In this document: positions 33,145 to 43,934 of the stretch, in pieces | Layout of the letters: the number at the start of each line of letters is the position of its first letter | Position numbering within the stretch: position 1 is the stretch's first letter | Assembly: GCF_000142905.1 (NCBI RefSeq) | Contig: NW_013657676.1 | Coordinates: 496,001-560,000, forward strand | Length of the DNA stretch: 64,000 bases | DNA from: Thecamonas trahens ATCC 50062 | Taxonomy: Eukaryota > Protista > Apusomonadida | Reading direction: 5' to 3' | Program-made: the position numbers and the translations under genes | The notes under the pieces: generated by a model | Databases searched by the model: none | Told to the model about the DNA's origin: nothing | The model's input: only the letters and a program-made list of their open reading frames with translations

Positions 33145-34946
33145 ATGGCGCTGGATGTGTTTCGGCGTGAGTTTGTGGCGAGCGAGTTCCGGCCGCGATG
33201 GTTCATGGCGACGGGGCGAGCGCTGACAGGCAACGGGACGGCGATGCGAATGGGCGCGTGCGTTCGTGCGCTGATGGGTAGTGGTGGCAAGGAGGAGCGG
33301 AGCGATGACGATGGTGGCGATGGGCGAGCACGCGGACACGTGCTGCGGGCAAACCACGGGCTCGGCCTACTCGCGGCGACACGGCTTGTGATCTCTGTGC
33401 GCATTTTCGGCGAGGTGTGGGCGGTGGACGAAGTCGGACGTGGCCCGCTGTTTGTGCTGGAGCGTTGCACGCTCCCTCGATGTGTGCGCGGGGTCCGTGA
33501 TCGGGTAGCTGTGCGAATGGAGGTGGCATCGGTGTTCGAGACATCGTGTCCGGTGCTGGTGACAGCCACGTTTGGCTCGCGAGCGCTTGTTGTCCACGAG
33601 CTCGACGGCGGGCGGGCCGAGTGTATGCGCGCGCTGCCGGCCGAGTTTGGGCGGCCGCCTGCAGCAGTGGGGTGGCTGAACGCCGGGCGCGAGCTGTACG
33701 TAGTGTCTGCTGCGGCGGTCGAGGGCGGGCACAAGGTGTGTGTGGCGGTGTACGGGTGGGAGCCACTGACACGGCAGCTGTCGGCCGAGCCGGCGGCGCT
33801 CGGCTGGGTGGTGGCGCATCCGCCGCGGTCACGGGTGGTGTGGGACGGAGTCGACGACGACGGGGTCATCGAGGTGCGATCTAGCGCTGGCTCGCAGTTC
33901 TACGCTGCAAGCGATGTTGTTGCGGCGCTTCGGGACGCAAGGTCGTCCGAGGTCTTCCTCGGTGGCGAGCACGGGCTGGCACCACTGGCGGAGCTGGCGT
34001 TGAGCGGCGCGCGTGTGACCGGCATGCCGCCGTTCCAGTTCTCCGACTCGATGTGTGCGGCTGGCGGGCCGAGCGGGGTGGTCCTGGCCACATCGCGGAC
34101 CGGCGACCGCGGGCCGATTGCAGCGCGGGTGGCGGACCTGGGCAGCGATCCGGGCGTGGGGCCGAACCTTTTTGCGGACGCGCCTGGGTGGAGCGCGCAG
34201 ATGGGGTTCGACATGAGTGCGTTCTTTCTGTTTAGCGGGCGGCGAGTGCTGAGCCGGACGTACTCGTGCATCAAGGTCTTTGACGTGGCCGCGTGCGGGC
34301 CGGCGATGACTGCGGCACCACCGCTGCCGTCGATTACCACCGCCGCCGAGTTGGTTCGCAGCAAGTCAAGCGGGCTGGCGCCGATGGAGGTTGTGGATCG
34401 CCGGCAGAGTCGAGACGAGAGCGGCAAGGACTCGCTGGAGGTTAGAATGCGGTTTGCGGTGAGCGCTGTCGAGGTGAGCGATGTGGTGCGGCGTGTACGG
34501 GAGCGTGAGGCGGCGTCTCGGCTCAGCGACGATGGCGGCGAGGCGGCGGCCGAGGTGGGGCTGTACGGCGATCTGGGCGGGCGCGACGGCCGTCGCGGAT
34601 CATGCAGGACGAGAGCAACCTTCTGTCCAGCTTTGGACTGGGAGGCACGTGCGACGCAACGATCCACACGGTGGCGTTTGCGCCGTACCAGCGGCTGATG
34701 GCGGTCGGGTGCAGCGGAGCGGCGGTGCTGTACGATCTGGAGAGCGGCGAGGCGTTGGCGAGCGTGGCGCTTGCTGAGTGGGACTCTGAAGCGTTCAATA
34801 CGCTGGTGATCATCGACGGGTGGCTGGTGCATGTGGTGCGGACGACGAGCGGCGGCAGCTTTGCGGTTCACGTCTACGAGCTGGTCTCCGACGCGCGGCG
34901 GCTAGCAGCAGGCGATCATCCGAACCAGGCCTTGGCGTTGGCGTAG
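33145..34946 (+). CDS. hypothetical beta-strand-rich protein (probable frameshift ~34560)
   Basis: ORF 33145-34698 continues into 34602-34946 (IHTVAFAPYQRLMAVGCSGAAVLYDLESGE, WD/propeller-like). Confidence 0.5.
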
Positions 34947-36109
34947 TGGCGGGCGAGCTCATCATGGGTGTAAAAGCCGGTGTCAGGAGGCAGATTCTGG
35001 GTCTCAAGATACTGGAAGAGCAAGACCTGGTCGCTCGGATCGAGGGCGTCGACGGCAAAGTCGGCAGCAGGAGCGGCAGAGGGCGGGGCGTGATGGGAGG
35101 CGTGCTCGGCCTCGCGCGCGGCGGCGAGTGACGAGACGCCGATGGACGGAAGCTCTTCCGGGCATTCTGCAGCGAGGCTAAAGAGGGTGACGTCGGCCAT
35201 GTTGAGCATGGCGCCCTGGATGCCGAGGTCGTCGCCGAGGTCGACGGTGGGGAATAGCGAACCAAGGTAGGCACGCATGGCAGGCGCCGAGGTGGTGGAA
35301 AGAAAGGCTGCACCGGGGTGCGTGGGGCGAGCATGCGAGTCAAAGAGGAGCCAGAGTGGGAGAGGCGAGACGTCGGTGGCCGGGAGGTAGGCGAGCATGA
35401 CGGACTCGGGCGCTTTGGTGATGACGGCGGCGGCCGGGCCGGCGGTTGCGGCAGCCTCGAGCATGGGCATGGCCTCGGCGACGGTGTGAGCCATGAGACC
35501 GGCCATACGACCCATCACCAGACTGCAGCTGTAGCGATCGACCTGGGAGACGACCTCGTCGGCCGAGAGCTGCATGGGCGAGGTGTAGGCGGCGCCGAGG
35601 TCGAGAATGGCGTCGACAAGGTCGATAGTCGGGCTCTCGCCGCGGAGAAGCTGCAGTGCAGCCTCCATGGCCATAATAGTGCAAGAGGAGATGGCACCAA
35701 TCGAGTACTGGTTGCGCTCGGCCTGGACAAGGTCGAGATCGAGATCGGTGGCGGCGGCGGTGGCGGCGGGCGCCTGCGCTGCGGGCTGACCTGCCGTGAC
35801 CGCCTCGGCAAAGGCCACGGGCGCGAGCCAGAGCGCACCAGGGGTGGCATCGGGCCAGCACACAGTTGCAGCGGCGTCAAAGAAGACAAAGGCACCGGAC
35901 GGCTCGAGCCAGGCACGCAGAGCGGCATCTGCGGCGGTGTTGCCATCATCGGCGGCAGCTCCTGCGTGGGCCGGGTACTGCATGACGGCGCCGAGAAAGG
36001 CACGTAGCGCAGCAAGCGGCAGTGCAGGGATGTTGGCATGTGCTTCACTCACACTCCCGTCAAGTAGTGTCTGCACATTGCTCACGTCGGCAGCCGTGGC
36101 ACAGTCCAT
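34916..36109 (-). CDS. putative papain-fold deubiquitinase related to herpesvirus large-tegument USP (VTD family)
   Basis: NQYSIGAISSCTIMAMEAA (oxyanion Q, catalytic C) followed by AVITKAPESVML...LWLLFDSHAR (D-x-H) and GAAF. Confidence 0.65.
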   Translation of the reverse strand: MDCATAADVSNVQTLLDGSVSEAHANIPALPLAALRAFLGAVMQYPAHAGAAADDGNTAADAALRAWLEPSGAFVFFDAAATVCWPDATPGALWLAPVAFAEAVTAGQPAAQAPAATAAATDLDLDLVQAERNQYSIGAISSCTIMAMEAALQLLRGESPTIDLVDAILDLGAAYTSPMQLSADEVVSQVDRYSCSLVMGRMAGLMAHTVAEAMPMLEAAATAGPAAAVITKAPESVMLAYLPATDVSPLPLWLLFDSHARPTHPGAAFLSTTSAPAMRAYLGSLFPTVDLGDDLGIQGAMLNMADVTLFSLAAECPEELPSIGVSSLAAAREAEHASHHAPPSAAPAADFAVDALDPSDQVLLFQYLETQNLPPDTGFYTHDELARHYANAKAWFG

Positions 36110-36793
36110 GGCTCTAGTTGCTCTCGACAGGTGTGGTGTGTCCGCCTTTGGGAATGGTGTCGCAAATGCGACCTTTTTCGGCGCAGCCGCGCCCGGCCCC
36201 GGCGACCGATCGGCTGCAGGCCAGTTCCGGGCGCGCAAGAAGATAGAGAGCAGAAAAAAGACATGCTATGAGCATGAGCTCGAGAAACATGCTCTATCCA
36301 TGTGCAAGCGGAAGGAGAGTTGGTAAAGGTAAAGGTATGATACACAAGAGCCCGAGGCGTGACCAGGCGGAAGGAGGGAGGTCGAGGGAACGATGGAGTG
36401 CGACCGGGAGCTGTTTGTTCGGTTGGCACAAGTGCCATAGTGTCGCAATGGAAGGTGCACCAGTTGGCGGCATCAAAAAGAGCAGCGGGAATTGGGCGGG
36501 AGCGGGAAAAGAAGCCTTTACGCATCCCCTTGTCTTATCCATTGTCGCGTACGGTTCGTAGGAAGCAGTCTCCACAACCGTTACCGACAAGACTACGCAA
36601 AAGACCAAGTCACCCCCCCCCATCTTGCTTACTTTCGTACTTGCTTGATCCTCTTATCACGAGGTTCATTCCCCGCAACTCTTTCCTCCCCCCCCCCTTG
36701 TTGTGTACTTGACCGAACGTCGGCGGTACATCGAAACCTTTGTGTGACGTCTTGCTTCCATTTTCGAACGCTTGCTCTTTGTCTCTGACAACC

Positions 36794-37138
36794 ATGCGTG
36801 TGGTCAAGATTACCTTTGGCGCTGAGACGCGCCGGTTCCGGCTCAACCCGGAGACGACGACGTTTACTCGGCTGCGCGAGCTTGTGAAGCAGTCATTTGC
36901 TCCGCTTGCTGGTGACGCCACGGAGTTTGTGCTCAAGTGGACCGACGAGTTCTCGGAGGTCAACGTGCTCGGCTCCAACCTCGAGCTGACCGAGGCCTTC
37001 CATGTGGCGGGCACGGCGCTCAACCCCCCGATTCTGCGGCTGATGGTGGAGGCTTCCGAGCCTGCGCCTGGCGCCGCGACTCCTCTCCCCTCGCCCGTGG
37101 TGGTGGCGGTGACGGCTGATGCCGAGGAGGAGGAAGAC

Positions 37139-37172
<34 letters not shown>

Positions 37173-39139
37173 CTGATGCTGCTGATGCTGCTGATGCTGC
37201 TGATGCTGCTGATGCTGCTGATGCTGAGGACGAGGACGCGCGCGGCGCTTCGTCGTCGTCGGGCGACAACAAGTCGACTGACGACGGCCCCGACGCGGCG
37301 CAGGGCCGCACGGTTCTCGTGGCTTGGCTCCGGCACGTGCTTGCCGGCGGCAAGGGTTCTGTGGAGCCGCAGTGGCTCAACGACCTGATGCACTCGGCGC
37401 TGGAGGCGTTTGGCGGAGTGCAGGGCCTGATTGCGCAGGCCGAGGCGTCGCCGGACGCTGTGCCGGAGGAGCTGGTGGCGAGCGCGGCTGATCTGCTTCT
37501 GGGCAACACCGAGCTCCGCAGCGTGCTCGCCTCGCTGGAGGTGGTGCCGATGGAGGAGGTGCTTGAGGAGCGTGCAGCGGCCGAGGTTGCGGCTGCGGCT
37601 GCTGCGACGGCCGAGGCCGAGGCTGCAGCGGTGGCGGCCGAGGCCGAGGCTGCGGCTGCCGAGGCTGCTGCGGTTGCTGCGGCTGCCGAGGCTGAGTCGG
37701 CTGCTGCTGCTGCGGTTGCTGCTGCTGCTGCTGCGAGCGGGCGCGAGGGCGCTGCGGCTGCGGCTGCTGTGCGGCGTGGGCCGCATGCGCGACTTGCGCA
37801 GGCCATCGACGACATCTTTGGATCTGTGATGTCGCAGGTTGTGCAGCCGATCCTGAAGGCGTCGACGGAGAGCGCGTCGAAGAACGCGCTTCACATTGCG
37901 GCGGCGCTTGCGCCGCAGCTTGCCGCGGACCGCGCGGCCGAGGCTGCGGGCGCAGGCGTGGTCCACGCCGGGGTGCGGTGTGACGGGTGCCAGGTCTCGA
38001 TCCGTGGTATCCGCTACAAGTGCACGGTGTGCGACGACTTTGACTTGTGCGTCGAGTGCGAGCGCACCGGGGCCGCGGGCCATGTTGCTACGCATCTGTT
38101 CCTCAAGATCCGCAAGCCCGTGCGGATTCGGCGCGGCGCGCTGCTGCCGGACCTCTACGCGGCGCAGTCGCAGGCCAAGTGCGGCTGGCGGCACCGGCGC
38201 CGCAACGTGGCGCGGTGGATGGAGCAGCGCAAGCCCGTGGCCGAGCCTGTGGCGCCGTCCGAGCCTGCACCCGCGGCAGAGCCCGTGGCGCCGGCTGTGG
38301 TCAAGGCCGCGGCCAAGCCGGCCAAGCCGGCGAAGAAGAAGTCGCCGCGGTTTGTGGCACGGTTCATCGCCGACGTGACCATGCCCGACGGGACCAAGCT
38401 GGCGCCGGCGACGCAGTTTGTCAAGATCTGGCGGATCCGCAACGACGGCGAGACCGAGTGGCCCGAGGACACGCGGCTGGAGTTTGTGGGAGGCGACTGC
38501 ATGCTTGGCAAGGCGGTGGCGGTCCCGGCGGCTGCGCCTGGAGAGTGCGTCGACGTGGCGGTCGACATGGTGGCGCCGCGCCCGGCCGGGCGCTACTGCG
38601 GCTACTGGCGCCTTCGCTCCGGCACCGGCGTTCGGTTCGGCCACCGGGTCTGGGTCGACGTCCTCGTCGTGCCGCAGGAGCCGGTCGAGGCTGACGACGA
38701 CGACGACGAGACCGTGATCGAGACCGAGGCTCCCGCCGAGGTTGACAACGGCGCGACGTCTGCGTCGTCGGCGGCCGGCAAGGAGGTCGACGACGACTCG
38801 GTTGTGGCCGAGGCTCTCGAGCCGGCGGCGACTTCGGCTGAGCTTGAGGCCGAGGCCGAGACCGCCGAGGCCCAGATCGCCGAGACCGAGGCGGTGGTCG
38901 ACGGCGCGGTCGAGGAGATCGCGGTCGAGGCGACGCCCGACGACGCTGTGGCGGCGTCGGACGATGACCTCGTCATCGTTGGCGACTTTGCCTCGGAGGT
39001 TGCCGCCGAGACCGAGGCCGACCTCCCGCCTCTCGCGCAGCTCGAGGCCATGGGCTTTGGCGACACCGAGCGCAACCTGACCCTGCTCTCCAAGCACGAC
39101 AACAACGTCGCGCGGGTTGTGGCCGAGCTCCTCTCGTGA
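36794..39139 (+). CDS. NBR1: selective autophagy receptor NBR1-like (PB1-ZZ-FW/NBR1-UBA)
   Basis: PB1 ([13 protein letters not shown]...LKWTDE), ZZ ([29 protein letters not shown]), FW domain ([13 protein letters not shown]...[11 protein letters not shown]...FGHRVWVDV) and UBA (LEAMGF...VVAELL). Confidence 0.92.
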
Positions 39140-39326
39140 TCTCGCCCTCGCGCATTACTTGGCTCTCATCTCCACCACCATCATTCCACCATCATTCCCC
39201 ATCCTGCCTTTGACATCGGTAAACCAGGAGTTTTGACGACAACGACAACGATCGTAGCTTGCAGCATAGCATGGGCGGGTTGTGAGGAGACAGCGAACAG
39301 ACGATTGGTTCTGCGTTTTATTCCGT

Positions 39327-40348
39327 TTAGGCAACGAGGGTGGCAGCGGTGGCCGAGTCGTACTTGAAGTTGGGGGCGAGGACGCGGGTCTTCTTGTAGT
39401 AGCGCGAGAGGCGGTGGATGCGCGACTCGACGAGGACGAGGCGGAACTTGGCATCGCGGTCCTTGCGGTTGCGCTCAAGGTGGCGGCGGATGGAGACGGC
39501 CTTCTTGATGAGGTGGTACAGGTCCTCGGGGATCTCGGGCGCCATGCCGTTGGCCTTGAGGATGCGGAGCACCTTGGCACCGGTCACGTTCTTGACGCGG
39601 GCAACACCGTGCGAGTCACGGAGCATGACACCAATCTGCGACGGGGTCGAGCCCTTCTTGGCAGCGTGGCAGATGAGGGTGCACACCTCCTCCGGGGTGA
39701 CCTTGAGCCACGACGGGGGGGCAGTGCGGTAGGGGAGGGCCGAGCGGCTGATGCCGCGACTGTGGTTGGATGTCACCCAGGTTGGGACAGAGGGGTGAGT
39801 GATGGACGAGGGGGGGGCTAGCCAAAGCTATCGAGTCTTCTGAGCTGCCGCTCCTGCACAACAAACCACAACACAACATGCTGCACCACGCCATTTGGTC
39901 GTGGGCTCGATCCTCTTCCCGTTGCGCTCCTACACGCTGCGGAAATTCAAGGGCGCAGACGGGGGAAGCCGGCAGGATTGGCTTCTGACGACAGAAATAT
40001 TCCTAGCCGTCCGACAAGGGCCACACACACACACGCCCTGCGCTGCTCACCACAACCTTCCACGCCCACCACACCGCGCATGGCGGTGGGACACAGCGCA
40101 TACACCGCCTTGTCAAGCTGGGGGTGGTCAACTCGTCTCGGTGCGTGTGTACATGGGTCGCCAGTCGCCGCGGCCGCCGCCATCAAAGTGTATGATTTCG
40201 ACCGCCGGCTGTCTGACCCACACACCCATCCAGAGCAGGGCATTGCACCGCCTCACCACCTTGGCTCCGCACCCACTATTCCCGCTGTGCTAACGTCGCT
40301 TATGCTCTCTCTCCTGTGTACGTACCCGTTGGAGTGCATCCGAACCAT
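39327..40348 (-). CDS. RPS13: 40S ribosomal protein S13 (uS15); exons 40348-40326 and 39759-39327
   Basis: MVRMHSNG|[19 protein letters not shown]...[13 protein letters not shown]...[23 protein letters not shown]...[17 protein letters not shown] donor and CAG acceptor are in phase. Confidence 0.97.
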
Positions 40349-40881
40349 CTTGAACTGTGTGTGAGTACGGAGAGTGGTGTGGGTTTACCTCACCGCGCCG
40401 CCCGTCGCCCGCGACTCGTCGTTTCATTTTCGCCTCGCTCGCTCACCACCATCAACCAACCAACAACCGAGCCACCTTGGTGGACAAAAAATGTTGCGCA
40501 CCCCCCACCCCCCCCACCCCGGAAAACGAGCTCGGCCTGCGGAGTCGCAGTCTGCCTGAAAGCTTCGGCAAGCCGCAAACAATCCGGATCCCGATTGTAC
40601 TGGCCAAGACGGACAAGGCAGAGATAGGGATGACAACGGTTGTGACTGGGTGCCCGAGCGGGAGCTGGGTGTCGGACATGGAGTCATCGCTTGTGCGCGA
40701 AGATGCGGGGAGGGAAGCACGACATGCCGGGCTGCCTCTGCTGTGCTGGCACGGCAACACGCTGCGCAAGCTTTCATGCATCGCGGCTCTCGAAGCAGCC
40801 CAGGAGCGGGTGGCAGTGCCGCGCCGAATAGGGCCGCTGACGCCAATCGATCGGCAAGGCTTGTAACATACTTCAGCGAGG

Positions 40882-42142
40882 CTAGGAGCGGATCGACGGA
40901 GAGCGAGAGGCCTGGATGGAGCGGAGGCGAGTGTCGATGTACTTGATGACTGGATTGGCGACGATGCACGGGAGCTGGAAGATAGGCAGAGCAGTGGGGA
41001 GCGGAGCGATGGAAATGCCCCGCATGGAGACCGGGAGAGGTCGCGACTTGGTGGCCATGATGACAAAGAACGGGTAGGCGAGGAAGAAGACGGCGTTGGA
41101 GACGGCAAAGGAGAAAAGTAGCAAAGTAGGGTAAAGGGGAGGCCAAAGCCGGCAAAGTAGGCCCAACGGGCGTGGAAGATGATGATGCGCTTGGAGAGGT
41201 CCGAACCAATGTTGATCCACTTGTACTCGAAGCAGAGAAAGGCAAAGTACCAGGCGGTGAGGATCATGTCGACGGCGCGGGCGAGATGCGGGCCGACGAA
41301 AGGCACTGCGCACAGGAGCAGGGCAACAACTACTTGCAAGACGACATAGGCCAGAACCACAACAGTGCGATAGATGACCTCAGCCGCCTGCTCCCATGCA
41401 GGGCGCTTCGGGGCAGCCTTGACCGAGCCATCGAGGGCAAAGGTGACGTCGGCGATCTCCTGGTACCAAGCTGAGGAGAGGAGGAGGGTGACGAGAAGAA
41501 TGGGCAAAATGCATGCGACAAAGAACACCGATGAGTACAACGGTTCGAGCCACGCGGCCAAGGTTTGAATGACCACCGGCGAGGCACGGGATGACCACGG
41601 CGCAGGGAGATCGAGAATGGCGGCAAGCATGGGATACAGAGCATAGTCATAGAAGAGCGCCGCCGGCAGAAATAGCAGTCCATTGAGCTTGATCGAGTCC
41701 CATGTCCGCTTACGGATGTCTTTGTTCTATGATGACATGATGATGATGATGATGATGATGATGAGTGTGACTGCGGGGGTGGGGGCGGGGGGGGTCGGGG
41801 GGGGGGGGGGGTTAGGTATGGGCATGGGCAGCAAAGAGAGCACCTACCTTGGCAATTGTGAGGATGGCTTCAAGCATATTACTTCCATCTTGAACACCCA
41901 CCCAGCCCCACTTGGCCACTTGGATGAAAGAGACCACCATGGAGTCTTCCCCCGGTGTGGAAGGTGGTGGAGCCATGGGTGACTGAAGGCGGTGACGAGT
42001 GTTGTCTGGTGAGGGGGAAGTCGGTGGGGTGGGGTGAGGGGCAGGCGGAGACGTACGTGCGGCCACACAGACTGGGGATGGGGCTGAAAGGCAGGAAGGA
42101 ACAGCATACTCGCTCGATCATTGCATGCCCATCATCAGCCAT
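40882..42142 (-). CDS. EI24: EI24/PIG8-family ER autophagy membrane protein, multi-exon (probable frameshift ~41118)
   Basis: LNGLLFLPAA, AWYQEIAD, YFAFLCFEYKW, RIIIFHARWAYFAGFGLP and AVFFLAYPFFVIMA. Confidence 0.8.
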
Positions 42143-42220
42143 GCAGTACTGCGCTCAATAGATGATGTTGGTGATGGCGAGCGGGCGACGGGACGTGGTT
42201 GTGGGATGTAGCGATGGCGG

Positions 42221-42958
42221 TCATCGGACTGGAGATCTGCGGAGGATGGGCGAGGAGATGGTGTGGGGTCGGAGCAAGGACGGGGTAGCGGAGGAGCGGT
42301 GAGGCGGAGGAGCGGGCGCGGACGGAAGGAGGAAGCGTGGGAGATGTGAGCCTAGCTCGCGGCGGACGCGGGCATCACTGCCGATGGTTCGCAACTCGGC
42401 AGCCGCCGCTCCGATACGGGCCAGCGATGTTCGGGCGATGACCGCGTCTGGTTGCATGGCTTGAGCGAGTTCACGTGAGGCCTGGGCACCGCGGACCCGG
42501 TTGATCATCCGCCGCAGCGCGTCCTGCTCCGCGACCACAGCCGCTCGCCGATCCCAGGCCTTTTGCGTCCGCGGCGAGCCCATCATTTGGCGGTACTCGT
42601 TTTCACCACGACGGCGGGCGCTCTCAGCCACGGCCGTCCGCAGATCCCTTGCCCTCGTCGCATTGCGGATGGCATCGACAACCCGTGGCTGGACCACAGG
42701 CGCCGGCGATGGTCGCGAGACAGTCAGGTTCGAGGACAAAGACGGCAATGATGACGGCGACTGCAGTGCATGCGAGTGCGAGCGAAGGCGAGCCATGACC
42801 GGTGATCGCACAACCCGAGTGGATGACAGCCTGGCTCGTGTCGGTCCGGTCTGAGCTGGCCGAGCAGCCCGTGGACTAGCGGCTTGCCGCTGAGTGGAAG
42901 TGCCTGGGGCTTGTAGAGCCGCCAGAGCAGCGTTGATGCGGGAAGTATGGTCGGTCAT
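42221..42958 (-). CDS. hypothetical basic, partly coiled-coil protein
   Basis: ATG-initiated 245-aa ORF (MTDHTSRINAALAAL...); no recognisable motif. Confidence 0.45.
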   Translation of the reverse strand: MTDHTSRINAALAALQAPGTSTQRQAASPRAARPAQTGPTRARLSSTRVVRSPVMARLRSHSHALQSPSSLPSLSSNLTVSRPSPAPVVQPRVVDAIRNATRARDLRTAVAESARRRGENEYRQMMGSPRTQKAWDRRAAVVAEQDALRRMINRVRGAQASRELAQAMQPDAVIARTSLARIGAAAAELRTIGSDARVRRELGSHLPRFLLPSAPAPPPHRSSATPSLLRPHTISSPILRRSPVR

Positions 42959-43110
42959 GGCAGCAAAGCGAGTCGAGTAGTTGTCGACTTGTCCGGCTTT
43001 ATGTCGGTGGTCAGCCTGTTCCCCTACTTGCCTGCCTGCCTGCCTGCCTGCCGGCCGGCCTGCCTCGCTGTGAGCTGTCCGGCGCTTGATCTGACATGGC
43101 TGAGTCGACA

Positions 43111-43480
43111 CACACGCTATGGACTGATATAGCGAGAGGGATCAGCCATGCGTATCGATGCAGGAGGCGGATGGCTGCCTGTGCGCGGCCGGGTCGACCA
43201 TCGTGAGACACACGCTATGGACTGATATAGTGAGAGGGATCAGCCATGCGTATTGATGCAGGAGGCGGATGGCTGCCTGTGCACGGCCGGGTCGACCATC
43301 TTGAGGCACACGCTATGGACTGATATAGTGAGAGGGATCAGCCATGCGTATTGATGCAGGAGGCGGATGGCTGCCTGTGCACGGCCGGGTCGACCATCTT
43401 GAGGCACACGCTATGGACTGATATAGTGAGAGGGATCAGCCATGCGTATTGATGCAGGAGGCGGATGGCTGCCTGTGCGC
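43111..43480. repeat. tandem array, ~3.8 copies of a 98-bp unit
   Basis: CACACGCTATGGACTGATATAG... starts at 43111, 43209, 43307 and 43405; copies are nearly identical. Confidence 0.95.
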
Positions 43481-43934
43481 CACTGTGCGTGAGATGAGGT
43501 GGAGGTGGTGAGGTTGGTGATAGTGCGGCACAGTCCTCTGCGATTCGGTCAGGCCATGCCGGTAGCTGGTGAGGAAGCAGCTGAGGCTGCCTTCTCTGCC
43601 TTTCATGCGCGGAACAAGACATGGATGGCTGCACGGCGGGAGAAGCTTGTGCGGAAGCGAGTGAGCGAGCATGTTGGGCTTGGAACTCCGCATGTATGTC
43701 GTGAGTGGTGGCTGTGTGCTGGGGGAGGGGGAGGGGAGGAGGAGGGGGGGGCGGGTAAGGGGAAGGTGGACCCGAAGCGGGCGGCGAACTGATGATGATA
43801 ATGATGACGGGCTGGTGTGTGTATAGGTCAGTCACTCGGCCAAAGACGAAAATGATGGACCTGTTGGAAGTGTTGATGGTCATGGTGGCGGTCATCATCA
43901 TCGTGGGAGTCCGGCAGAGGTTGCTGAGAGGCAG

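Noticed and set aside
36893-39097. 734-aa antisense ORF to NBR1 and many similar long shadow ORFs
   Set aside because: Expected from high GC3 codon bias on the opposite strand; no recognisable motifs.
39760-40325. U14 snoRNA in the RPS13 intron, as in vertebrates
   Set aside because: Neither 18S-complementary U14 domain nor a sense-strand C/D box pair was found.
43125-43200. tRNA gene within the 98-bp unit
   Set aside because: Only weak A-box/B-box resemblance (GGGTCGACC rather than GGTTCGA), and no cloverleaf acceptor stem.
43111-43480. CRISPR array or hammerhead ribozyme
   Set aside because: There are no unique spacers and no cas genes, and the context is eukaryotic. CTGATAT is not the CUGANGA core and no GAAA partner is present.
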